From: an uncultured virus (IMG/VR IMGVR_UViG_3300022752_000053)
Taxonomy: Duplodnaviria; Heunggongvirae; Uroviricota; Caudoviricetes
Length of the DNA stretch: 64,000 nt
Strand: one strand, 5' to 3'
Virus record (IMG/VR): IMGVR_UViG_3300022752_000053
Shown here: piece by piece, positions 38,632 through 46,704 of the stretch
Position numbering within the stretch: position 1 is the first letter of the stretch
Layout: each line of letters begins with the position of its first letter
The notes under the pieces: model-generated
The model's input: the letters and a program-made list of their open reading frames with translations, nothing else
What the model was told of the DNA's origin: nothing
Databases searched by the model: none
Program-made: the position numbers and the translations under genes

Positions 38632-39052
38632 TCCTTGGATTTATGATGAAAAATGTTTTGAATCAAATCAGATTGGCGATTATTATGGGTTTGTATATCT
38701 CATACGAAATACTTGTAATCATAGGTGTTATATTGGAAGAAAGTATTTTTGGTCATTTCAGAAACCAAAGGGAAAGAGTAGAAGAGAAAAGAAAGAATCA
38801 AATTGGAAACTTTATTATGGATCCTGCCCAGAACTCAAAGAGGATATTGTAAAATATGGTAAGGAAAATTTTGAGAGATTTATTCTCTCACTTCACAAAA
38901 CCAAAGGAAAAACCAACTTCGAAGAAACAAGGCAACTCTTCCTTCAGAGAGTCCTTTCCGAATCGCTTGACGATGGAACCCCAGCATACTACAATGGGAA
39001 CATCCTCGGAAGATACTACAGAAAAGACTATTATGAAAAGGATGAAGACTGA
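38618..39052 (+). CDS. GIY-YIG endonuclease (endonuclease II/DenA-like)
   Basis: GFVYLIRN..YIGRK, YYGS, YYNGNI; sits after nrdB like T4 denA. Confidence 0.7.
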   Translation: MSYDNPWIYDEKCFESNQIGDYYGFVYLIRNTCNHRCYIGRKYFWSFQKPKGKSRREKKESNWKLYYGSCPELKEDIVKYGKENFERFILSLHKTKGKTNFEETRQLFLQRVLSESLDDGTPAYYNGNILGRYYRKDYYEKDED

Positions 39053-39227
39053 AGAAATTGTTGCACATTTGCGGGATTGGTCTATTGATAAAATAAAGGA
39101 AGTATCGGAAAAGAGTGTTTTTGATGCAAATGCGATTTATAAGGAATTTGAAGAATGGATTGAAATTGATGAAGATGTTGATGTTATAAGTTTAGAGCCA
39201 GAAGAATCTGAAGAAGAGATATATTGA
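39033..39227 (+). CDS. Small acidic hypothetical protein
   Basis: ATG at 39033/39042; AIYKEFEEWIE. Confidence 0.55.
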   Translation: MKRMKTEEIVAHLRDWSIDKIKEVSEKSVFDANAIYKEFEEWIEIDEDVDVISLEPEESEEEIY

Positions 39228-39302
39228 CAAAACCTAAATAATCACTTATAATGTTAAGGCACGATTAAAGTGCCTTTTTTATTATGAGATTTTGAGTGCG
39301 AT

Positions 39303-39368
39303 TAGAGCCGTGGAAGATGCCCTTCGAGAGTTGGGTATACCCCTCTTCTATACGGATGTAGAGTTCTA
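39303..39368 (+). ncRNA. Candidate structured RNA in the rlpA-like 5' leader
   Basis: Nested stems TAGAG/TTCTA, CCGT/ACGG, GGAAGA/TCTTCT, ATGCCC/GGGTAT with a GAGA loop. Confidence 0.5.
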
Positions 39369-39377
39369 TTTTTTTAA

Positions 39378-39746
39378 ATGCGTTTATTCAGTTTATTTCT
39401 TGCTTTTGGTTTTGTCGGTGTAGCACCCGTAACAGCAAAAGCAGCATCCCCGGCAAGTTCATGCAGTCTTGCTTCTAACTATGGTGTGGGGGATGGATAT
39501 AATGGGCAGACAACTGCCAATGGCGAAAGGTTCAATGCATACGGTTATTCGGTAGCACATCGTTGGCTGCCATTTGGAACCAAACTTAGAGTGACAAATC
39601 AGGCAAATGGTAAGTCAGTGGTTGTGCGTGTAAATGATAGGGGTCCTTTTGTTGGAGGAAGAGATCTTGATTTGTCCTACGGGGCGTTTGTGGCAATTGC
39701 GCCTCCAGGGCAAGGAGTTGCTAATGTCTGTTATACTACTGCCTAA
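39378..39746 (+). CDS. RlpA-like (DPBB) lytic transglycosylase with signal peptide
   Basis: TANGERFN..AHRWLPFGT..VRVNDRGPF..DLS. Confidence 0.9.
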   Translation: MRLFSLFLAFGFVGVAPVTAKAASPASSCSLASNYGVGDGYNGQTTANGERFNAYGYSVAHRWLPFGTKLRVTNQANGKSVVVRVNDRGPFVGGRDLDLSYGAFVAIAPPGQGVANVCYTTA

Positions 39747-39783
39747 CAGATAAATATGGGAGGTTCACTACCTCCCTTTTTTT

Positions 39784-40182
39784 ATGGAATTTAATTTTCA
39801 ATTTGGAAAGAAACCAAAGACTATTTTTAGATATGCAATCATTGGAGTAATGTTTACTTCTTTGGTGACCGGAGTATCTCAATGCACTCGTATTCCGGAA
39901 GAAAGAATTTATGATATAGTGGATCAAGTTCAAAGAAAAATACCCGGAAAACCTTTGAACGACTATATTATCAATGATCCGGTGCTCTTGGATCGTAGAG
40001 TGCATCGGGATGTGGACAGAGCAATCGCAGAGTATGAACGCTTGACAGGAGACGATGGGAGTGCTATGATAAGGGGACCGAAGTTGGTTGAGAGACCACC
40101 AGACGGTAGCAAAGCACAGGAACTACTTGGTGGTGAAATGCGTCTTTGTGCTCCATGGGTTGACGACTGCCCTAAGGAGTGA
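39784..40182 (+). CDS. Membrane-anchored hypothetical protein
   Basis: N-terminal hydrophobic helix; late promoter at ~39749. Confidence 0.6.
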   Translation: MEFNFQFGKKPKTIFRYAIIGVMFTSLVTGVSQCTRIPEERIYDIVDQVQRKIPGKPLNDYIINDPVLLDRRVHRDVDRAIAEYERLTGDDGSAMIRGPKLVERPPDGSKAQELLGGEMRLCAPWVDDCPKE

Positions 40183-40224
40183 AGTGTTAGAGTATTATAA
40201 ATAACTACAACTACTCTAACTACT

Positions 40225-40641
40225 ATGAAGTCTAATTGTTTAACTTGTGGTGAAGAATTTTCTTATAAATCTTCTCAACAAACTGGTAAGTATTGCTCCA
40301 ACAAATGTCAGCAAGAATACCAAAAAAACAAAGTTGTTAAAGAATGGAAGAATAATTCTATTACTGGTGTTAAGACAGGTTATCGCTTGAAGTCGGCAAT
40401 ACGAAATTATATCTTTGACAAATATAATCATCAGTGCTCTTCTTGTGGGTGGAATAAAGTAAATGAATCTACTGGCAAACCTCCTTTGGAGGTAGATCAT
40501 ATTGATGGGGATTGCTCCAACAATAATGAAGAAAATCTACGATTACTTTGCCCCAACTGCCATTCATTAACTTCTAATTACAAAGCACTCAATAAGGGAA
40601 ATGGTAATAGAAAAAGGTTAAAGTATTTTGGACTCATTTAA
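40225..40641 (+). CDS. HNH endonuclease (probable free-standing homing endonuclease)
   Basis: CLTC..YCSNKC zinc module; LEVDHIDGD..NNNEENLRLLCPNCHS; abuts the tRNA cluster. Confidence 0.88.
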   Translation: MKSNCLTCGEEFSYKSSQQTGKYCSNKCQQEYQKNKVVKEWKNNSITGVKTGYRLKSAIRNYIFDKYNHQCSSCGWNKVNESTGKPPLEVDHIDGDCSNNNEENLRLLCPNCHSLTSNYKALNKGNGNRKRLKYFGLI

Positions 40642-40642
40642 T

Positions 40643-40717
40643 GGGACATTAACTCAGCCTGGTCAGAGTATCCGACTTTTAATCGGTTAGTCCTGGGTTC
40701 AAATCCCAGATGTCCCA
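40643..40717 (+). tRNA. tRNA-Lys(UUU)
   Basis: GGGACAT/ATGTCCC acceptor, loop CTTTTAA, TTCAAAT T-loop. Confidence 0.9.
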
Positions 40718-40755
40718 CTTGACAATCAAATCCATAACTGGTATGATTGTCTTAT

Positions 40756-40829
40756 GTCTTGGTAGCTCAGATGGATAGAGCATCTCACTTCTAATGAGTT
40801 GGTCGGGGGTTCGAGTCCCTCCCAAGACG
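40756..40829 (+). tRNA. tRNA-Arg(UCU)
   Basis: GTCTTGG/CCAAGAC acceptor, loop CTTCTAA. Confidence 0.9.
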
Positions 40830-40868
40830 CTTGACAATTTGGAGTTTATCTCTTATAATTGTCTCATT

Positions 40869-40940
40869 GCGAAATTAGTTCAGTGGTAGAACGCTATCCT
40901 TCCAAGTTAGATGTCGGGGGTTCGAGTCCCCTATTTCGCT
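40869..40940 (+). tRNA. tRNA-Gly(UCC)
   Basis: GCGAAAT/ATTTCGC acceptor, loop CTTCCAA, U73 discriminator. Confidence 0.9.
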
Positions 40941-40962
40941 TTATAAATAAATCAAAAAGATA

Positions 40963-41400
40963 ATGGACGAGTTATACGAATTACTTCATAAAACGCAGAC
41001 AAGTCTTTTTTGTTTGTTTCAGAAGACTTGGGTGTATCATTGGAATGTTGTAGGTTCTGATTTCTATCAACTTCATACTGTATTTGGTAATCAGTATGAA
41101 ACGATGTTTGAAGAGATTGACAGACTCTCTGAACATATGCGATACTTAAGAATGAAAGCAATTGCACCTATTAGTAGAGTTGTTGAAACTTCTCAGATTC
41201 CAGAGGCATCTAATAATCCAACAGCACAATTGATGATTAGTCAATTACTTGCTGATAATAAACAGTTGTGTGAAATGCTTGCTAAAATTTCAGAGGAATC
41301 GGAAAAGCAAAAGTCATATGCAACTGCAAATCTGGTTCAGGATTTGATGGAATCTCACGGTAAATTTGTTTGGATGTTGAGGTCATTTTTAAAAGAGTAA
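40963..41400 (+). CDS. dps: Dps family DNA-protecting ferritin-like protein
   Basis: YHWNVVGSDFYQLHTVF..QYE..IDRLSEH, KFVWMLRS. Confidence 0.92.
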   Translation: MDELYELLHKTQTSLFCLFQKTWVYHWNVVGSDFYQLHTVFGNQYETMFEEIDRLSEHMRYLRMKAIAPISRVVETSQIPEASNNPTAQLMISQLLADNKQLCEMLAKISEESEKQKSYATANLVQDLMESHGKFVWMLRSFLKE

Positions 41401-41404
41401 GATT

Positions 41405-41656
41405 ATGTTAAAGATAAGATGTAAAGATTGTAATGTTGAGTTGACTGCACATCCAACTCAAACAAGATGTTGTGGGTGTGCAAATATGATGACTGTTTGC
41501 AATGATAAAGTTACTGCACTTGACTTGGCTCGTATTGTTATGGTAGAATCAAGTCAAGGAAATCAAAAATCAAAAGTATTTTCCGATGAAGATCTTGCCT
41601 TTCAAGAAGCAAGGCGCCAACGTAAAGTTCGTAAATTGGACTTTGAAATACGATAA
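41405..41656 (+). CDS. Cys-rich hypothetical protein
   Basis: CKDC..CCGC; C-terminal RKVRKLDFEIR. Confidence 0.7.
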   Translation: MLKIRCKDCNVELTAHPTQTRCCGCANMMTVCNDKVTALDLARIVMVESSQGNQKSKVFSDEDLAFQEARRQRKVRKLDFEIR

Positions 41657-41741
41657 GGAAAGATGGCCGAGTGGTTTAAGGCAACAGTCTTGAAAACTGT
41701 CGAGGTGAAAGCCTCCGTGAGTTCGAATCTCACTCTTTCCG
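41657..41741 (+). tRNA. tRNA-Ser(UGA)
   Basis: GGAAAGA/TCTTTCC acceptor, loop CTTGAAA, long variable arm. Confidence 0.93.
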
Positions 41742-41744
41742 TAT

Positions 41745-41816
41745 CCGAGTGTAAGTCAGTGGTAGACGGCTGCTTTTGGGAAGCAGAGGACGTTGGTTCA
41801 AATCCAATCACTCGGA
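41745..41816 (+). tRNA. tRNA-Pro(UGG)
   Basis: CCGAGTG/CACTCGG acceptor, CTGCT-TTTGGGA-AGCAG anticodon arm. Confidence 0.88.
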
Positions 41817-41824
41817 CTAAATAT

Positions 41825-41897
41825 GCTTCTTTAGCAATCTGGTGAATGCACCGAACTCATAATTCGGCTGAGGTCGGTTCGATCCCGACAAGGAGCA
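41825..41897 (+). tRNA. tRNA with CAU anticodon (elongator Met or Ile2)
   Basis: GCTTCTT/AAGGAGC acceptor, CCGAA-CTCATAA-TTCGG arm. Confidence 0.85.
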
Positions 41898-41973
41898 TGA
41901 GACACTTTTAAAACTGTCTCTCTTGACTTTCAATTTCATTTCTCCTATAATTAGTAGGTAATTAATCAAAGCA

Positions 41974-42186
41974 ATGTCTCTCATTTCAAAGTTTAAAAAA
42001 GAAGTCATTACTCTTCGTTCTGCTGCGAACGGTGAAATTTTTCTTGATGTAAAGAATCCGAAACTTTACAAAAAGGTTTTTAGGTATTATCAAAACGAGG
42101 GTGTGGTATTCTCAGATGATGCCTTAGATAATTATGATATTCTAATTGAATGCCTAGTTCAAGATCTTGAAACCGTTGGAGTATAA
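41974..42186 (+). CDS. Hypothetical protein
   Basis: FLDVKNPKLYKKV; promoter TTGACT-17-TATAAT at 41923-41951. Confidence 0.7.
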   Translation: MSLISKFKKEVITLRSAANGEIFLDVKNPKLYKKVFRYYQNEGVVFSDDALDNYDILIECLVQDLETVGV

Positions 42187-42416
42187 TGTCAAAAGTTCTT
42201 CTTGAGCGTGAAGGATACCGTTTCGTAGAGAAAGGTATTATTCAATTAAACGGAAAACCAGACTATCGGCTGCAAAAACAAGATTATTATACTAAACGCT
42301 GGAATGACATTTATTTGTTTGATAATTCTATGCAATGCACTACTGCAATGGAAGATATTGAATACGCAAAATGGTTAGATCCAGATTGTGTGCCAGCATA
42401 TCGTTATTATACCTAA
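42186..42416 (+). CDS. Hypothetical protein
   Basis: TAATG coupling; GYRFVEKGII..NGKPDYRLQ. Confidence 0.7.
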   Translation: MSKVLLEREGYRFVEKGIIQLNGKPDYRLQKQDYYTKRWNDIYLFDNSMQCTTAMEDIEYAKWLDPDCVPAYRYYT

Positions 42417-42431
42417 ATTAAAGTATTACTA

Positions 42432-42896
42432 ATGGAAAATGGTTTTTATTCTCTCACAGAAATTGACAGTGAGTTTAAATTAGAAAATCTTAGAATAATT
42501 AGAAATGAATGTCGAGAGTATATGACTCGATATAATGATGAAATATCTAAGCAACAGCAAAGACAATGGTTTGATTCTTTAGATAAAACTAAAACTTTTC
42601 CATATTTATTTTTAGAAAATTATTATGGAGCTTGTCTTACTTTTATTGGATATGGAATGATTCAACTTGAAAATGGAGTTTCTTCTTTGAGTGCCGGATT
42701 ATCAAAAAATAATCAGGGAATGGGACTTGGAAAAATTTTATTTGAAAATTTAATTGAAAAATCTAAAGAAATGAATTGTGCATCTATAGAATTGGAAGTT
42801 TTAAAAACCAATATTAGAGCATATAAACTTTATGAAAAACTTGGATTTAAAGTTGCAAATGAAAATGATAATATATATCATATGAAATTGACTTGA
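42432..42896 (+). CDS. GNAT acetyltransferase
   Basis: QGMGLG acetyl-CoA motif; NIRAYKLYEKLGF. Confidence 0.88.
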   Translation: MENGFYSLTEIDSEFKLENLRIIRNECREYMTRYNDEISKQQQRQWFDSLDKTKTFPYLFLENYYGACLTFIGYGMIQLENGVSSLSAGLSKNNQGMGLGKILFENLIEKSKEMNCASIELEVLKTNIRAYKLYEKLGFKVANENDNIYHMKLT

Positions 42897-42901
42897 AGTT
42901 G

Positions 42902-43627
42902 ATGAAAGTATCCATTCTTTGTTGCTATTATAATCGACCAAATATGGTTAGATTTGCTTTGAATTCTATTAAGAATCAAAGTTATAAAAATTGGGAATTA
43001 ATTTTTGTTGATGATGCAAGTGAATTTCCTGGAGATCCAGTAGTTAGAGAAATTTTATCTGCAGATATCGATAAGATAAAATTCTATAATACAAATGATC
43101 CCGAAAAGAAAGAAGGTGAAAGTGTATTTGGAAAATATTGGAATATTGGATCTTTAGAAAGTGACTCTGATATTTCCATTATGCTTTGTGATGATGATGC
43201 ATTAATGCCAAATTATCTTGAATCATTGGTTGATTGGTATTCAAATAATCCAGAGCAAAATTATTCATATTGCCATTTAAATATATTTGATCCTTATCAA
43301 GTTAAATCTTTAGAAGAAGTTAAATTGAATACGGATTATGTGTTGAATCACACTGGACATATAAATCCATATTCAATGGTAGATGCAAGTCAAGTTTCTT
43401 GGAAAACTGATGCAATTCGTTTACATGGAGTAAGATTTCCATATCCCAAAACATCAAGTTTAGATGCAGTCTTATATGCACAACTTGTTCAGATATATGG
43501 ATTATGCCCATTTAATGGTATAATAGGACAATATAAAGGTGTGCATTCTGATCAGTTAAATGTTAGAGAAACATCAAATAAAGATACAATGTATAATGTG
43601 AGAGACATTCCCCATATTCCATTATGA
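42902..43627 (+). CDS. Glycosyltransferase family 2
   Basis: VSILCCYYNR, ELIFVDDAS, CDDD. Confidence 0.85.
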   Translation: MKVSILCCYYNRPNMVRFALNSIKNQSYKNWELIFVDDASEFPGDPVVREILSADIDKIKFYNTNDPEKKEGESVFGKYWNIGSLESDSDISIMLCDDDALMPNYLESLVDWYSNNPEQNYSYCHLNIFDPYQVKSLEEVKLNTDYVLNHTGHINPYSMVDASQVSWKTDAIRLHGVRFPYPKTSSLDAVLYAQLVQIYGLCPFNGIIGQYKGVHSDQLNVRETSNKDTMYNVRDIPHIPL

Positions 43628-44709
43628 TTCCGTTATTTAAAGTTAAAATGTCCGACTCAGCATCTGAGTTGGTATCTGCAGTATTAGCATCTGGATTTAT
43701 TGGTCAAGGTTCTAAGGTAGAAGAATTTGAAGATTTACTTTGGAAAGAATTAAAAACTAATATTCGACCAATTACTGTAAATTCTTGCACAAGTGCAATT
43801 GATTTAGCTCTTCATCTTTGTAAGGTAGGTCCTGGTGATGAAGTTATTTCCACACCACAAACTTGCTTTGCTAGTCAAGTTGGAATTATTCATCGTAATG
43901 CTACTATTCGTTGGGCAGATATCGATCCTATGACGGGATTGATGAATCCTGATAGTGTAAAAAACTTAATTACTTCCAAGACTAAAGCAATTGTATCTGT
44001 GAATTGGGCTGGAAAAATATGTGATTATGCTGCTCTTAAGTCATTTGGTGTTCCAGTAATTGAAGATGCTGCACATACTTGGGATTCATTTTTGCAAAAT
44101 CCTATCGAGCGTGGAGATTATATTTGTTATAGTTTTCAAGCAATTAAATTTCTTACTACGTCCGATGGTGGATTATTGATTACTCCTGAAGATAAGCAAG
44201 ATGATGCTCGTCTTCTCAGATGGTATGGTCTTGATAGAACTAAAAATCAATCTTTTAGATGCACTCAAAATATTATTGAAGCTGGATTCAAATATCACAT
44301 GAATGATGTTTGTGCTGCTATTGGTATTTGCAATATTCCTGAGGCAAGAGATTCTGTAATTAAGCATCGAGAAAATGCTAAGTTTTATTCTGAAAATCTT
44401 AAAGAATGTAGTAGTGTTTCAGTTTTAGATTTTGATGATACTTGTTCTTATTGGTTGTATTCGTTGCTTGTTGAAAGTGGTACAAGAGATGAATTTATTT
44501 CTTACTTAAATCAAAATGGAATTACCGCAAGTCCAGTGCATCATAGAAATGATTTATATGAATGCACTTCCAAATTTTCGGAAGGAAGTCTTTTGGGTGT
44601 AGATAAGTTTTATGAAAAGCAAGTTAGCATTCCTGTTGGGTGGTGGGTAACTTCTGAGGAAAGAAGTTACATTGTAAATACAATTAAATCATATTTTCCA
44701 AATGGTTAA
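43624..44709 (+). CDS. DegT/DnrJ PLP-dependent sugar aminotransferase
   Basis: NSCTSAI, IEDAAH, SFQAIKFLTTSDGG (catalytic Lys). Confidence 0.92.
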   Translation: MIPLFKVKMSDSASELVSAVLASGFIGQGSKVEEFEDLLWKELKTNIRPITVNSCTSAIDLALHLCKVGPGDEVISTPQTCFASQVGIIHRNATIRWADIDPMTGLMNPDSVKNLITSKTKAIVSVNWAGKICDYAALKSFGVPVIEDAAHTWDSFLQNPIERGDYICYSFQAIKFLTTSDGGLLITPEDKQDDARLLRWYGLDRTKNQSFRCTQNIIEAGFKYHMNDVCAAIGICNIPEARDSVIKHRENAKFYSENLKECSSVSVLDFDDTCSYWLYSLLVESGTRDEFISYLNQNGITASPVHHRNDLYECTSKFSEGSLLGVDKFYEKQVSIPVGWWVTSEERSYIVNTIKSYFPNG

Positions 44710-44759
44710 ATAGTCTTGGGAAGACTCTAAACTCACCCTGGTCAGGAGTGTAAGCCCTT

Positions 44760-44981
44760 ATGTCTAAGACAAGTATACTTCGTTACTTAGGCAATATTCT
44801 CCTCATAGTTGGTTATCAAACTATGTTGTGGGGAGATTTCAAATATGGACTACTTGTAAAATGCGTTGGTGGTATTTTAACAATACCTTTCGCAGTGAAA
44901 CTTAAACTCTATGATGTTTTGGTTTTATGTGGATTTTTTACCGTAAACGAGATAGCAAAGTTAGTCCATTTATTTTCTTAG
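44760..44981 (+). CDS. Small membrane protein
   Basis: 73 aa, 2-3 hydrophobic segments; AGGAG upstream. Confidence 0.65.
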   Translation: MSKTSILRYLGNILLIVGYQTMLWGDFKYGLLVKCVGGILTIPFAVKLKLYDVLVLCGFFTVNEIAKLVHLFS

Positions 44982-45021
44982 TTTTCTAAAAACTAAGTGG
45001 TGGAGTCAAATATGACCCTAT

Positions 45022-45117
45022 TGTTTTCTTGCTTTTCTCAAAAGCAAGTGGTGCGGATGGGGAATTCTTTCTCCGCCTGGTTTCCAATTTCCAGTTAAAG
45101 AATTGGTGGCGAGCCTG
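45022..45117 (+). ncRNA. wcaG RNA motif-like element
   Basis: Two stem/pseudoknot units each followed by TGGYG and linked by a hairpin, upstream of a WcaG-type epimerase; family assigned from memory. Confidence 0.6.
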
Positions 45118-45173
45118 GTTTACATGGGGGGTTGACAATAACCCCCCTTTTTTGTATGATAAAGAAAAAACTT

Positions 45174-45989
45174 ATGAAGTATTCAGTTTACGGTGGCACT
45201 GGTTTTGTTGGTGGAAATTTTTGTCAAATGTTTTCTGACATCTCATTACCAGTAAAACGGGATGCAAGAGAACCTTTAACAGATAAGGTAATCTATTTCA
45301 TTTCAACAATTCATAATTATAATGTGTATGATGATTTACATTTAGATATTGACACAAATTTGAATGTGTTGGTTGATGTTTTAGATAAGTGTAGAGATAA
45401 AAATATTACATTTAATTTTATTAGTTCTTGGTTTGTTTATGGGAGATCTAGACTTCCTGCTAGAGAGGATGACTATTGTGATCCAAAAGGATTTTATTCG
45501 ATTACAAAGAGAGCTGCAGAGCAATTATTAATTTCTTTTTGTGAAACTTTTGGTGTTAAATATCGCATTCTTCGTTTGTGTAATGTTTATGGGAATGGTG
45601 ATAAGAAGTCTTCATCAAAAAAGAATGCGATCCAATATATGATTGATTTGATTAAGACTGGAGATGATGTTAACCTCTATGAGGGTGGATATGTTTTAAG
45701 AGATTTGATGCACGTAAATGATGTTTGTCGTGCAATTAAATTGGTCTGTGAAAGGGGAGAATTGAATACAATTTATAATATTGGTAGTGGTCAACCAGTA
45801 GCAATTCATAGTATAATGCAGCAAGTTAAAGATCATCTAAATAGTCCGAGCAAATTTAATACTATTGAAACTCCAAGATTTCATGACATTGTGCAATCTC
45901 GTGATTTCTATATGGACGTATCTAAACTTAAGTCTCTTGGATTTAATCAAACAATAACACTTGATGATGGTATCAGAAGTTTATTATGA
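45174..45989 (+). CDS. NAD-dependent epimerase/dehydratase
   Basis: GGTGFVG, YSITK (YxxxK), LRLCNVYG. Confidence 0.9.
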   Translation: MKYSVYGGTGFVGGNFCQMFSDISLPVKRDAREPLTDKVIYFISTIHNYNVYDDLHLDIDTNLNVLVDVLDKCRDKNITFNFISSWFVYGRSRLPAREDDYCDPKGFYSITKRAAEQLLISFCETFGVKYRILRLCNVYGNGDKKSSSKKNAIQYMIDLIKTGDDVNLYEGGYVLRDLMHVNDVCRAIKLVCERGELNTIYNIGSGQPVAIHSIMQQVKDHLNSPSKFNTIETPRFHDIVQSRDFYMDVSKLKSLGFNQTITLDDGIRSLL

Positions 45990-46699
45990 AAAAAATACCA
46001 GTATTGGGAACTCAATCATTAAATTCATTTACCAATTTAAAAAATTTAATCAATTCAATTGATTATCCAGTAGAAACATTATCTATTGTTATTAACAGTG
46101 AAAATGTTAATTATTTTTTAGATGTTGATGAATTCTGTAAAAATAATATTGATAAAGATTTAATTGAAAGAGTCGATATAAGTTTTCACCCAACCAATCT
46201 TGGATGTCCCGCAAGTTGGAATTACCATTTCAAATCATATCCTTATGCAGATTTTTTTGTAAAACCTGATGATGATATTGTCTTTTCTCCAGGAGATCTT
46301 GAGAAAATTGTAAATGCATTGTCCTCTCATGATATGGTTTTTTATTCCTCGGGCACAGGATATGCTTGTTTTGGAATTACTAAACATACTCTTAAAACCG
46401 TAGGGTTATTTGATGAAAATTTATTCCCATGTAATTATGAGGATAATGATTATGAGTTGAGATGTAATTCATATGAAATCAAGAAAATATCTTTAAGTTT
46501 AAATACTCATCATGTTTCTTCTGGCACCAGTAGAAACATAACAGCAGAAGAGCATGAAAAATACTTGCAAAAATATCTTATAACTACTGAAGAATATTTT
46601 CATCGAAAGTGGAATGGAGAATTTGGCAATCCATTACAATGGTGGTATAATTACAACTATAGAGAAAACAAAATTTTTAGGTATAAAAACTATTATTGA
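45986..46699 (+). CDS. Glycosyltransferase (GT2-like)
   Basis: NLGCPASWN, PDDDIVF, VGLFDENLFPCNYEDNDY. Confidence 0.75.
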   Translation: MKKIPVLGTQSLNSFTNLKNLINSIDYPVETLSIVINSENVNYFLDVDEFCKNNIDKDLIERVDISFHPTNLGCPASWNYHFKSYPYADFFVKPDDDIVFSPGDLEKIVNALSSHDMVFYSSGTGYACFGITKHTLKTVGLFDENLFPCNYEDNDYELRCNSYEIKKISLSLNTHHVSSGTSRNITAEEHEKYLQKYLITTEEYFHRKWNGEFGNPLQWWYNYNYRENKIFRYKNYY

Positions 46700-46704
46700 T
46701 TTTT

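Noticed and set aside
39303..39368. c-di-AMP (ydaO) riboswitch, suggested by the downstream wall hydrolase
   Set aside because: Too short and lacks the conserved ydaO sequence blocks as I recall them.
41602..42008. ORFs 41663-41845 (+), 41602-41811 (-) and 41817-42008 (-)
   Set aside because: They overlap the Ser, Pro and CAU tRNA genes and are translation artefacts.
45029..45238. 69-aa ORF upstream of the epimerase
   Set aside because: Runs through the structured RNA and a terminator, has a TTG start and no recognisable motif.
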